The notes below the pieces were generated by a model that worked only from the letters and a program-made list of their open reading frames with translations, was not told where the DNA came from and did no database searches. Of a stretch of DNA of 64,000 nucleotides, positions 1 through 9,652 are shown one piece after another. Location of the stretch: positions 1,248,001-1,312,000 of the forward strand of contig OY763927.2 of the NCBI GenBank assembly GCA_963667665.2. Reading direction: 5' to 3'. Made by a program: the position numbers and the translations under genes. Within the stretch, counting starts at the first letter, position 1, and the number at the start of each line of letters is the position of its first letter. The DNA comes from Nitrosopumilus sp. GTDB taxonomy: Archaea; Thermoproteota; Nitrososphaeria; Nitrososphaerales; Nitrosopumilaceae.

Positions 1-92
1 CAATAGAGAAGGGTTTGTTGTGATTCCATCTAGTAATCCCATATCATTAAATTTTCTAATAGATTCTAGATTAGCAGTGTCAAGAAAAATCT

Positions 93-1067
93 TCATAATT
101 TTTTGTTCCTAATTTCTTTGACTTGTTTTACCATATTAAAAGATGTTATTCCATGCTTTTCTAAGAGTAAAGGAACTTCGTTATCTCTAGCAGATTCACC
201 AAACATATCTTGAGCACCAATTCTCTTTATTGGTACAGGATATGTTTCAGAAACAGATTCTGTAACAGCAGAACCCATTCCACCAAAAATATTGTGTTCC
301 TCAGTAGTAACTATACAACCAGTTTCTCTTGCTGCTTTTTCTAAAATTTTATTGTCAATTGGTTTTATTGAAAACATATCCAAAACTCTACAGGAAATAC
401 CTTCTTGCTTTAATGTATCAGCTGCATCTAAAGCCATGCTAACAGTAATTCCACATGCTGCAATAGTACAATCAGAACCATCTCTTAGAGTAATACCTTT
501 TCCAATTTGAAAATCTTGAGATTCTGAATGAATCAAAGGAGTTTTGGATCTTGCCATTCTCATATAAAATGGACCATATTCATTTGCCATTAAGTGAGTT
601 AATTTGGAAACTGAAATAGTATCAGCTGGAATAAAAACTCGGAAATTAGGAATAACTCTCATTATTGCAATGTCCTCAAGTTGTTGATGTGAACCTCCAT
701 CAGGTCCAACAGACAAACCTCCATGAGAGACAACTAATTTCACATTAAGACCATTTTTGCCTTGGGGTGAAGGATAAGCAATATTATTTCGAATTTGATC
801 AACTGCTCTTCCTGGCAAAAATATTGCATAAGTACTAGCAAAAGAAATTTTTCCAGATGCTGCCAATCCAGCAGAAACTGTAACAAGATTTGCTTCAGCA
901 ATCCCAACATTGAAAAATCTATCAGGAAATTCTTTTCCAAAACCAGAAGTCTTTAGTGAATCAGTTGTATCTGCACCTAAAACTACAACATTTGGATTAT
1001 CTTTTCCAACTTGTATCAAAGATTTGGAATATTCTGAACGCATATCAGTCATAATTTTTTCAATCAA
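93..1067 (-). CDS. Transketolase, C-terminal (pyrimidine-binding) subunit
   Basis: [24 protein letters not shown] and [15 protein letters not shown] motifs of the split transketolase beta subunit; the true start may be a few codons downstream. Confidence 0.93.
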   Translation of the reverse strand: MIEKIMTDMRSEYSKSLIQVGKDNPNVVVLGADTTDSLKTSGFGKEFPDRFFNVGIAEANLVTVSAGLAASGKISFASTYAIFLPGRAVDQIRNNIAYPSPQGKNGLNVKLVVSHGGLSVGPDGGSHQQLEDIAIMRVIPNFRVFIPADTISVSKLTHLMANEYGPFYMRMARSKTPLIHSESQDFQIGKGITLRDGSDCTIAACGITVSMALDAADTLKQEGISCRVLDMFSIKPIDNKILEKAARETGCIVTTEEHNIFGGMGSAVTESVSETYPVPIKRIGAQDMFGESARDNEVPLLLEKHGITSFNMVKQVKEIRNKKL

Positions 1068-2731
1068 ATGTATCCTGCCTCCTGTGCAATTTTTTTAATT
1101 TGTTCTTGTTTCTCTCCTATAACATGCAAACCAATCCATTTATTCACTAAATCTGTCCCACCTAACTCATGGGCTTTATCAAGTAAAGCACTTCTTCTAG
1201 ATTTTAAAACCTCATTTCTAAAGTCTCTAATTGCTCCACGTACATCTTGCTGTCCAATAATAGCACCGCCCCCAACAAAGACACGAGCGCCTTCTGCAAA
1301 TATCGAGCCAATATTTTCAAGATTTACTCCTCCATCAGCCTCAATGTAGCCTGAAAAATTATGTTCATTTAGAATCGAATTCAATCTAGCCATCTTTGTG
1401 TGAGTTTCTTCAATGAATTTTTGACCAGATTTTCCAGGTACTACAGACATTACAATTAGTTGATCAAGTGAAGGTAAGAATTTGTAAGACCATTCAGGTA
1501 ATTCTGTATCAGGGTTTATTGCAAAACCTATTCCAACTTGATTTTGTTTTAATAAATCATGAATCTCTCCAAAACTAGATTCATCAGTTACTTCAGCATG
1601 AACTGTAATAATATCACTACCTGCATCAATGTAATCCCTAACATGTTTCACAGGATCATTAATCATCAAATGTGAATCAAATGGAATTACAGTAAGAGGT
1701 CTTAGTTCTTTGATTTTAGTATGATCAAAAGTTTTGTTTGGAACAAAGTGTCCATCCATTACATCAAGATGAATGTAATCAGCCCTACTCGAAACACATT
1801 TTTTAATTTCATTTTCTAGATTTGTCATATCACCTGCAATGATAGATGGAGCAATCATGAACTGTGAATTCAATTCATGATTAATGATAGGAACTACATC
1901 AGAATCAGGAGCTTTTCCATGCCATAGTGGATTATCCTCCATATGTTCTACTGATTTGCCCTTAACTGTTCTTGATATGATCATTGTAGGGATTCCTTTT
2001 GTTGCATTTGCTTTTGCAATGGCAGCATCAATTTGTTCTACTCTATGTCCATCAATTTCAATTACATTCCAACCAAAAGATCTCCACTTGTCACCAGTCT
2101 TCCAACGTGATGCATCTTTCCACATTTCAGAAAGATCATCACCTTCTAATTTTTCATCTAGTGGCATAATTTTTTCAGTGTAAGAATCTTGTTGAATAAA
2201 ATTTCTATCAAGAAAAGCAGTTAGATTATCAACCTTGTATTTTGCAGCAGTCATTGCAGCCTCCCAAATTTGTCCCTCGTCTGATTCTCCATCCCCAATG
2301 ATAGTATAAACATGATAATCTTTGGAGTTAATTTTTGCAGCAAGTGCAACTCCTATAGAATAAGATAATCCGGTGCCTAAAGATCCACCACAAAATTCCA
2401 CACCGGGACATTTTAGGTCAGGATGCCCTTGTAATCTACTACCAAATTTTCGTAGGGTTTCAAGTTCGGATTCTGGGAAATATCCTGCAACTGCCATATT
2501 TGAAAACAAACCAGGAGATGCATGACCTTTAGATAAAACGAAACGATCCCTGTCTTCCCATTGTGGATTTTTAGGATCAAATTTCAGATATTTATAAAAT
2601 AAACAACCCAAAATTTCAGCCATAGAGAAAGAGCCCCCAGGATGGCCTGAACCAGCAATATTGGTCGCTTTTATCACTAATTTACGGGCTCTAAGAATAT
2701 TTTTCTTAATTTGATAATAATTAAGCCCCAT
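1064..2731 (-). CDS. Transketolase N-terminal (TPP-binding) subunit fused to ribulose-phosphate 3-epimerase
   Basis: N-half has GHPGGS, DRFVLSKGH, LQGHP and GDGESDEG; C-half has APSI, IHLDVMDGHFVPN, DSHLMI, ITVHAE, VMSVVPGKSGQ and ADGGV (Rpe). Confidence 0.93.
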   Translation of the reverse strand: MGLNYYQIKKNILRARKLVIKATNIAGSGHPGGSFSMAEILGCLFYKYLKFDPKNPQWEDRDRFVLSKGHASPGLFSNMAVAGYFPESELETLRKFGSRLQGHPDLKCPGVEFCGGSLGTGLSYSIGVALAAKINSKDYHVYTIIGDGESDEGQIWEAAMTAAKYKVDNLTAFLDRNFIQQDSYTEKIMPLDEKLEGDDLSEMWKDASRWKTGDKWRSFGWNVIEIDGHRVEQIDAAIAKANATKGIPTMIISRTVKGKSVEHMEDNPLWHGKAPDSDVVPIINHELNSQFMIAPSIIAGDMTNLENEIKKCVSSRADYIHLDVMDGHFVPNKTFDHTKIKELRPLTVIPFDSHLMINDPVKHVRDYIDAGSDIITVHAEVTDESSFGEIHDLLKQNQVGIGFAINPDTELPEWSYKFLPSLDQLIVMSVVPGKSGQKFIEETHTKMARLNSILNEHNFSGYIEADGGVNLENIGSIFAEGARVFVGGGAIIGQQDVRGAIRDFRNEVLKSRRSALLDKAHELGGTDLVNKWIGLHVIGEKQEQIKKIAQEAGYI

Positions 2732-2807
2732 CTTGATCGTTATCTTTGTAAATTTAATAAAAATCTATTTCTATAAAATTTTAATTTGATCGGGACTATA
2801 GACTAGT

Positions 2808-3185
2808 ATGGAAATTAAAGAAAATACTCCAATTGTAGTTTATGACAATCAATGTTACTTGTGTGTAAAATTTGCTAGATTTGTTGATTTTTTTGCAAGA
2901 GGTAAAATGACAATGGTAGGACACTATTCAGATTTTGGAATAAAAATTAGAAATGAAATTCTAGATGAATCTGCATTAGACATGTTTTGGTTTATTGATA
3001 AAAAAAGAGCATACGGAGGAAGAGCAGCATTATTACCATTAGTCAAATCAATTTTTTCTAAAAAAACAAAAAATACATCAACTATGAATATTGATAAAAA
3101 TTGTCAGCAAGACTGTAAAACTGTTAAAGCAGTTTTTTTGAGATCATCAAGTCTGCTTACAAATAGCAGAAAAATAGATCTCTAG
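2808..3185 (+). CDS. DCC/DUF393-like thiol-disulfide oxidoreductase family protein
   Basis: N-terminal VVYDNQCYLC (DxxCxxC) motif. Confidence 0.7.
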   Translation: MEIKENTPIVVYDNQCYLCVKFARFVDFFARGKMTMVGHYSDFGIKIRNEILDESALDMFWFIDKKRAYGGRAALLPLVKSIFSKKTKNTSTMNIDKNCQQDCKTVKAVFLRSSSLLTNSRKIDL

Positions 3186-3220
3186 TAAATCTAAATAACA
3201 CATCATAACTCAGACACATA

Positions 3221-4699
3221 ATGAAGATAAAAACTGAAAGTTCTACAAAAAAGAAAACACAACTACTTTGTTGTTTTGTGTTAGAAAATTCAAACAAGAC
3301 TCTAGGATTAGGAAAATTTGATGCTAAAACATCCTCAGCAATTAATCAATCTCTAAAAGATATGCAAGGAAAATTTGGAAAATTAAACATTATTCCAGTA
3401 CCAGGAAAAAAACATGCACAAAGAATTCTACTTGCAGGGTTGGGAAGAAAAGAGAATTTAACAAAAGATACTATCAGATTAGTTTCAGGTAAAATTGCAC
3501 AAAAAGCAAGAGAGTTAAAACTTAAAGAATTTTCAATAATAACACCACCAAGTTTTGTAACTGATCAAATGTCATCAGTGACTCAGATTGTTGAAGGCTC
3601 CAAAATGGCTCTTTACAAATTTGACAAATTCAAGGCAGAAAAAATTAATAATTCACCAGATTTAACAATCATAGTTTCTAAATCAAATAAAACCTCACAA
3701 GCAATCAAAACAGCTGTAATTGTTGCAGATGGTGCCATATTTACAAAAAGTATTGCCAATTTACCTCCAAACGAGTGTACTCCAAGTACATTAGCAAATT
3801 TTGCAAGAACAATTTCCAAAAAGAACAAGATGAAATGCAGTATAATTTCTAAACCTGAATTAAAAAAGAAAGGTTTTGGCGGTATTACAGCTGTAGGACA
3901 AGGAAGTAAAAATGAACCTAAACTAATTGTTTTAGAACATAATCGTGGACCAAGAAATGAAAAACCAATTGTTCTAGTTGGTAAGGCAGTAACATTTGAC
4001 ACAGGAGGAATTTCGTTAAAGCCTGGTGATAAAATGAATGAGATGAAGTTTGACAAATGTGGTGGTTGTACAGTTCTTGGAATAATGAAAGCAGTTTCAG
4101 AATTAAAACTACCAATTAATGTTGTTGGAATTGTTCCATCAGTTGAAAATATGCCTAGTGGGGAATCATATAGACCTGGAGATATCATAAAGTTGTATAA
4201 TGGGAAATCTGCAGAAATTCTCAACACAGATGCAGAGGGCAGGTTGATTTTAGCTGATGCATTATCATATGGAGAAAAACATTATTCACCAAAAGCAATT
4301 ATTGATTTTGCAACTCTAACTGGAGCATGCATTGTAGCATTAGGTACCAATGTAGCAGCAATTGTATCAAACAATGAAAAACTAACAAAGAAAATTAATG
4401 AATCGTCTAAAAAAACAATGGAAGAAGTTTGGGAGCTTCCATTAAATCAAGATTATATGGATATGATAAAATCAGAAGTTGCAGATATGAAAAATATTGG
4501 AATTGATAGAGCTGCGGGAACCATAACTGCTGCAGCATTTTTAAGAAATGCAATTGAAAATACTCCATGGACTCATATTGATATTGCAGGAGTTGCATGG
4601 ACACAAGTAGCTACAAAAGAAAAATCATACAATCCAAAGGGTGCTACAGGTTTTGGTGTAAGATTGATTCTAGATTATTTACAAAATTTGAAAAACTAA
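3221..4699 (+). CDS. pepA: Leucyl aminopeptidase (M17)
   Basis: GKAVTFDTGGISLK, MKFDKCG, NTDAEGRL and ATLTGA motifs. Confidence 0.95.
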   Translation: MKIKTESSTKKKTQLLCCFVLENSNKTLGLGKFDAKTSSAINQSLKDMQGKFGKLNIIPVPGKKHAQRILLAGLGRKENLTKDTIRLVSGKIAQKARELKLKEFSIITPPSFVTDQMSSVTQIVEGSKMALYKFDKFKAEKINNSPDLTIIVSKSNKTSQAIKTAVIVADGAIFTKSIANLPPNECTPSTLANFARTISKKNKMKCSIISKPELKKKGFGGITAVGQGSKNEPKLIVLEHNRGPRNEKPIVLVGKAVTFDTGGISLKPGDKMNEMKFDKCGGCTVLGIMKAVSELKLPINVVGIVPSVENMPSGESYRPGDIIKLYNGKSAEILNTDAEGRLILADALSYGEKHYSPKAIIDFATLTGACIVALGTNVAAIVSNNEKLTKKINESSKKTMEEVWELPLNQDYMDMIKSEVADMKNIGIDRAAGTITAAAFLRNAIENTPWTHIDIAGVAWTQVATKEKSYNPKGATGFGVRLILDYLQNLKN

Positions 4700-4833
4700 T
4701 AACCTCTACTATTTCTATCAGGTGTACCAACATTTGGATTTCTAAAACCATGTTTTTCCATCATGTGATTTAAAAATCTAATATCATCAGAAAATGATTC
4801 ACCACATATACTACAATTTTGCATTGAAATCAT
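4696..4833 (-). CDS. Small C2H2 zinc-finger protein (45 aa, not in ORF track)
   Basis: Hand translation MISMQNCSICGESFSDDIRFLNHMMEKHGFRNPNVGTPDRNSRGY*; CxxC-x3-F-x8-H-x4-H pattern; alternative ATG at 4824. Confidence 0.7.
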   Translation of the reverse strand: MISMQNCSICGESFSDDIRFLNHMMEKHGFRNPNVGTPDRNSRGY

Positions 4834-4881
4834 AATCAAACCATTTAATTGAATATTAAAAGATTGATTGGAAAATAGAAA

Positions 4882-4999
4882 ATGCCAGCACTGTTGCTTC
4901 CCAAGAGCTCTCGCATCTTAGTAGCACAACAGCGACATCAGGTTTGACTTCCAAGTTCGGAATGGGATTGGGTCGCACCCTAACGCTATGGCCGGCTTG
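4882..4999 (-). rRNA. rrf: 5S ribosomal RNA
   Basis: Minus strand reads GCCGGCCATAGCG...CCCAATCCCATTCCGAACTTGGAAGTCAAACC...TGCGAGAGCTCTTGGGAAGCAACAGTGCTGGC: conserved CCGAAC loop C, complementary ends, ~118 nt, GC-rich island. Confidence 0.93.
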
Positions 5000-5092
5000 A
5001 AAAATGTTGTCAGATTCTCATCTATTAACGTAACGACAGATTTCAAATGTGCTCAAAATAGGTATAAAACAAAGAAAATACCGAGTTACAAT

Positions 5093-6880
5093 ATGACTCA
5101 TAGAGTTGCTGTTTTAGATCATGATCTATGTCAGCCAAAAAAATGTGGTTTAGAGTGCGTAAAATACTGCCCAATTAACAAATCAGGAGCAGATTGTATC
5201 ATTATTAGTGAAGAATCAAAAAAAGCTCAGATCGATGAAGACATTTGTAATGGATGTGGAATATGTGTCAAAGTATGTCCATTTGATGCAATAACTATCG
5301 TAAATCTTGCAAGTGAATTAGCTACAGATAAAATTCATCAGTATGGTCCAAATTCATTTCGACTATTCAAACTACCTACTCCAAAAAAAGGAGAAGTGGT
5401 TGGACTATTAGGAAGAAACGGAATGGGAAAAAGTACTGTAGTTAACATACTATCAGGAAATCTAAAACCAAATCTTGGTAGATATGAAAATCCACCAGAA
5501 TGGGATGAGATTTTAAAATATTATAGCGGAACAGAACTTAAACAACATTTTGAAAAAATTGAACAGAAACAAATTCGTGCATCAATAAAACCGCAACAAG
5601 TTCATCACATTGCACAAGCATTTGATGGAACAGGAAAAGAACTCATTGACAAATACGATGAAAGAGGAGTGTCAAGAGAATTAATCAAAGAATTAGGACT
5701 AGAGAATTCTATGGAACAGAGTTTAAAGGAACTAAGTGGTGGTGAGCTACAAAGATTAGCAGTAGCAACAGCAGCAGCAAAAGATACAGAATTTTACTTT
5801 TTTGATGAACCATCATCATACAATGATGTTTTTCAAAGAATTGGAGTTGCTCGCGTAATACAGAGTTTAGCAAAAATTGGAAAAAGTGTAATGGTAGTTG
5901 AACATGATTTAACATTATTAGATTTTCTCAGTGATTATATCGAAGTGTTATACGGTGAACCTACCGCATATGGAATTGTTTCAAGTGTTCTATCTACCAA
6001 AGTTGGAATCAATGTTTTTCTTGATGGATATTTACCAACAGAAAATGTCAGATTTAGAGACAAGAAATTTTCTTTTGATGTGTCCTCATCATCTACGGAT
6101 GTGTTTCAAGAAGGAAGTGATGTCATTACTTACCCAAAACTTGAGAAGAAATATCCTTCATTTTCTGTAACAATTGAGCCTGGTAGAGTAAGAAAAGGTG
6201 AAGTTCTAGGCATCATGGGAGCAAACGCACTTGGAAAGACAACTATGATGAAAATGATTGCAGGAGTTGAAAAGCCAGATTCAGGTAGTATTGACAAGAA
6301 AATAAAGATAGCATACAAACCACAGTATCTTCAAAATGATATGGATGTAGAAGTTATGGCATTATTAGATAAAGCAAATGATAATCCAATTGAAGGGAGT
6401 CTTGAAGAAGAACAAATACTTGAACCATTAAAAATTAAAAAATTATACAATAAAACAATCAAAAATCTTTCTGGAGGAGAATTACAAAAAGTTGCTGTTG
6501 CATCATGCCTATTACAAAAAGTTGATCTTTATGCATTAGATGAGCCATCAGCATTTTTGGATGTAGAAGACAGGATTGCAGTAGCAAAATTTTTGCAAAA
6601 ATTTGTTCGTTCTTTTGGAAAATCAGCAATTGTAATTGATCATGATTTACAATTGATGGATCTGGTTTCTGATACAATGATAATCTTTGAGGGAGAATCA
6701 GGAATATCTGGTCAAGCCACATCTCCATTGCCAAAAGCAGATGCTATGAATAAATTTCTAAAATCACTTGACATGTCATTTAGAAGAGATGAAAGAAGTC
6801 TCAGACCACGTGTAAACAAACTAGAAAGCAGATTAGATAAAAATCAGAAAGCATCTGGAAATTATTATTACAAGAATTGA
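5093..6880 (+). CDS. rli1: Ribosome recycling ATPase ABCE1/Rli1
   Basis: N-terminal two-[4Fe-4S] Cys pattern (CQPKKC..C...CP, CNGCGICVKVCP) and two ABC domains with LSGGELQ; start reassigned to MTHRV because the longer ORF runs into the 5S gene. Confidence 0.95.
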   Translation: MTHRVAVLDHDLCQPKKCGLECVKYCPINKSGADCIIISEESKKAQIDEDICNGCGICVKVCPFDAITIVNLASELATDKIHQYGPNSFRLFKLPTPKKGEVVGLLGRNGMGKSTVVNILSGNLKPNLGRYENPPEWDEILKYYSGTELKQHFEKIEQKQIRASIKPQQVHHIAQAFDGTGKELIDKYDERGVSRELIKELGLENSMEQSLKELSGGELQRLAVATAAAKDTEFYFFDEPSSYNDVFQRIGVARVIQSLAKIGKSVMVVEHDLTLLDFLSDYIEVLYGEPTAYGIVSSVLSTKVGINVFLDGYLPTENVRFRDKKFSFDVSSSSTDVFQEGSDVITYPKLEKKYPSFSVTIEPGRVRKGEVLGIMGANALGKTTMMKMIAGVEKPDSGSIDKKIKIAYKPQYLQNDMDVEVMALLDKANDNPIEGSLEEEQILEPLKIKKLYNKTIKNLSGGELQKVAVASCLLQKVDLYALDEPSAFLDVEDRIAVAKFLQKFVRSFGKSAIVIDHDLQLMDLVSDTMIIFEGESGISGQATSPLPKADAMNKFLKSLDMSFRRDERSLRPRVNKLESRLDKNQKASGNYYYKN

Positions 6881-7713
6881 CTCGAATGTTAAAAAAAGCA
6901 CTAGAAAACGCTCTCACATCAGAAGAAAGTGATGAGTTAATCTCAGCCTTTGATCAGATAGGAGATATAATTATTGTAAGAATTCCTGATTCTCTATTAT
7001 CAAAGAAAAAAATCATTGGTGAAACTTTGCTAAATGAGGTAAAAGTTGCTAGAAGTGTTTTTTATCAGGCATCAGATGTAGAAGGAGATTTTCGTACAAG
7101 AAACCTAGAGATTCTGGCAGGAGAAGAAAATACTGAAACAGAATATAAGGAATTTGGCTGTAAATTTTTAGTAGATGTTGAAAATGCATTTTTTTCACCT
7201 AGACTTTCGACAGAAAGAGAGAGAATTGCAAATTTAATTCAGGATGGAGAAGTGATTTCCAACATGTTTGCAGGAGTAGGAATGTTTTCTATAATGGCTG
7301 CAAAAAAGAAAAAATGTACTGTTTATAGTATTGACATCAATCCAGTTGCATCAAAGTTGTGTGAAAAAAATATTGAATTAAACAAACTTGTTGGAGAAGT
7401 GATTTCAATAAATGGTGACGCATCAGAAATTATCAAAAAACAACTAGTTAACAAATCTGATAGAACATTGATGTTGTTACCTGAAAGATCTGATGAATTT
7501 TTAGAATCTGCAATAAATACAACCAAAAATGGAGGCATTATTCATTATTATTCACATATTCATGCAGATAAAAAATCAGAAGCAGGAAAACTTTCAGAAG
7601 AACATTATCTTCAAGTAACACCAGTACAATCAGAAATTCTAAGTTCAAAAATTGTCAGAGCAGTGGGTCCTAGATATTATCAAACAGTAGTAGATGTAAA
7701 AATTTCAAAATAA
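6877..7713 (+). CDS. tRNA methyltransferase, Trm5/Met-10+ family (SAM-dependent)
   Basis: FDQIGDI, FFSPRLSTER, MFAGVGMF and DINPVA motifs; Trm5 versus Taw2 subtype not resolvable by eye. Confidence 0.8.
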   Translation: MTRMLKKALENALTSEESDELISAFDQIGDIIIVRIPDSLLSKKKIIGETLLNEVKVARSVFYQASDVEGDFRTRNLEILAGEENTETEYKEFGCKFLVDVENAFFSPRLSTERERIANLIQDGEVISNMFAGVGMFSIMAAKKKKCTVYSIDINPVASKLCEKNIELNKLVGEVISINGDASEIIKKQLVNKSDRTLMLLPERSDEFLESAINTTKNGGIIHYYSHIHADKKSEAGKLSEEHYLQVTPVQSEILSSKIVRAVGPRYYQTVVDVKISK

Positions 7714-7714
7714 A

Positions 7715-7933
7715 CTAATCATCAGATGTAATTGATGCAGATGAAGGTTTTGTTGTTGCCATCACATATCCAATCCATGCAACTACTGCAAGAATTGCCC
7801 CTGCAAGCATCAATACAGACAATTGTAATACAATTGGACTCCATTCAGAGAGCATCAACAGATATGCATAAAGAAAGAATCCACCTATGCAAAGAATGAA
7901 AATGGTGATGCCAGTCCCTTTACGTTTGTCCAT
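7715..7933 (-). CDS. Small two-TM membrane protein (DPM2-like architecture)
   Basis: 72 aa, two hydrophobic helices, ending WIGYVMATT. Confidence 0.65.
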   Translation of the reverse strand: MDKRKGTGITIFILCIGGFFLYAYLLMLSEWSPIVLQLSVLMLAGAILAVVAWIGYVMATTKPSSASITSDD

Positions 7934-7970
7934 TACGATGAATTTTTTGTGAGTTATTTATTGGTTTGAA

Positions 7971-8468
7971 CTAATTCAATTCTATTGCCATTAGATATGC
8001 ATCTTCACCATCTCGATAGTAAGCATTTAGTTGTTGTCTAATAACAAAACCAAGTTTTTCATATAGCCTCACAGCATCATTATTACTACATCTGACTTCC
8101 AGGTGAAATTCATCACAATTTTTTAATTTTATACCCTTTACTGATTCTTCAACAAGTACATTTCCTATTCCTTTCTTTCTATAATCATCAAGAACTGCAA
8201 TAGATACTACATGACCTTTTTTTACAAAACCTAATTTCTTAAAATTTGAAAAACCATATTCAGTTTTACACATAATATAACCAACATGTTTTCCTCCAAT
8301 TTCTGCAACAATAAATGCCTCAGGAATTTCTGCAAGTAAACTTTCATAAAAATAATCAGAATAATGTTCAGGGAGTGTTTTCAAATTAATTTCCATGATA
8401 GGAATCAGATCGCTTGGTTCTGCTCGTCTAATATTGCAATCACCTAATTGTCTTAGAATTACTTGCAT
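7971..8468 (-). CDS. N-terminal acetyltransferase, Ard1/RimI family (GNAT)
   Basis: LPEHY, GHVVSIAV, RKKGIG, LEVRCSN and YYRDGEDAYLM motifs; start placed at MQVIL. Confidence 0.9.
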   Translation of the reverse strand: MQVILRQLGDCNIRRAEPSDLIPIMEINLKTLPEHYSDYFYESLLAEIPEAFIVAEIGGKHVGYIMCKTEYGFSNFKKLGFVKKGHVVSIAVLDDYRKKGIGNVLVEESVKGIKLKNCDEFHLEVRCSNNDAVRLYEKLGFVIRQQLNAYYRDGEDAYLMAIELN

Positions 8469-8518
8469 GCTATAACATATTTGTATCAATATTTAATTTT
8501 AAACCAGAAAGCCATTTA

Positions 8519-9652
8519 ATGGAAAGATTTAGTCTTAAACAGATGGAAGAGGATTCACAAGAAGAGGTTATTTCATTCGTAAATGCCATATTTGAGGTAA
8601 GTGATTTTATTAAAACAGAATTTTCATTAGAATTTAAAATTGAGGATTTAGAATTCAAATCAAAATTTGTGGATTTAGCAAGAAAGTTAGAAAATCGGGA
8701 TTATGCATGTAAGTTAGAAGAGATAGATGGTAGCAAATACGTCATTGTTCAAAAATTCACTCTAAGAAAACAAGGGAAAATAATGAGTTCATCATGGACT
8801 CCTCGAATTTTGTTTGCAATTGTCATTTCATTTGTGATGTTTGATGGATACTATAGAACATCATTGGCAAATTCGGTTGTAGAAATTGGGAATCCTCTAG
8901 AAATGGCAATATTTTACACATTAGCAGTAATGGGAATTTTAGGAATTCATGAACTGGGTCACATTGTTGCTGCAAAAGTACATAGACTAAAAACTACTTG
9001 GCCATATTTTCTTCCAGGAATACCAATATTTGGCATTCCAACATTTGGGGCATTTATTCAGTCAAGAGGACTGACAATTAATCGAGAAATTTTATTTGAT
9101 GTTGCTATTGCAGGTCCTATTGCAGGATTGGTAATTGCAGTAATAGTTTCAATTTATGGAGCATACACTGCACCAATTTTAGATCCAGAATTTGCTGCAG
9201 AGTTATTTGCAGAATCCAGATTGATTGATCGTGGTCTAGGAGAACCATTGTTAATGACTGCTAGTTTAGCAATGTTTGGTAAAGGAGCATGGTATGGGCA
9301 GATCATACTCAGTACACCTCTTATGTTTGCAGCTTGGATTGGATTTTTAATTACATTTTTGAACTTATTGCCGGCATGGCAATTAGATGGAGGACATATG
9401 GCACGAACATTACTTAGTCCAAAAATGCATAGATATGCAACTTATGGTAGTGTTGGAATTCTTGTTTTGTTAAATTATTGGCCAATGGCAATATTGATTC
9501 TTGTGATGAGTTCAAGAAGTCCTAGTGCATCTCCACTGGATAATGTATCACCACTTTCAAGAAATAGAAAACTTGCATACATTGGAATTATAATATTAGC
9601 AATTTTATGCGCGCCGTTACCAACAAGTTTTTTGCCTGGATTTTTATCTTAA
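8519..9652 (+). CDS. Site-2 protease family (M50) membrane metalloprotease
   Basis: HELGH, AGPIAG and NLLPAWQLDGGH motifs; multiple TM segments. Confidence 0.92.
   Translation: MERFSLKQMEEDSQEEVISFVNAIFEVSDFIKTEFSLEFKIEDLEFKSKFVDLARKLENRDYACKLEEIDGSKYVIVQKFTLRKQGKIMSSSWTPRILFAIVISFVMFDGYYRTSLANSVVEIGNPLEMAIFYTLAVMGILGIHELGHIVAAKVHRLKTTWPYFLPGIPIFGIPTFGAFIQSRGLTINREILFDVAIAGPIAGLVIAVIVSIYGAYTAPILDPEFAAELFAESRLIDRGLGEPLLMTASLAMFGKGAWYGQIILSTPLMFAAWIGFLITFLNLLPAWQLDGGHMARTLLSPKMHRYATYGSVGILVLLNYWPMAILILVMSSRSPSASPLDNVSPLSRNRKLAYIGIIILAILCAPLPTSFLPGFLS

Noticed and set aside
3613-4227. 204-aa antisense ORF in pepA, and similar antisense ORFs in mcm, hisS, nuo and others
   Set aside because: Fully overlap well-supported genes on the opposite strand and have no motifs
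4988-5092. 35-aa N-terminal extension of ABCE1 in the ORF track
   Set aside because: Overlaps the 5S rRNA 5' end and its promoter; the conserved protein starts at MTHRV (5093)
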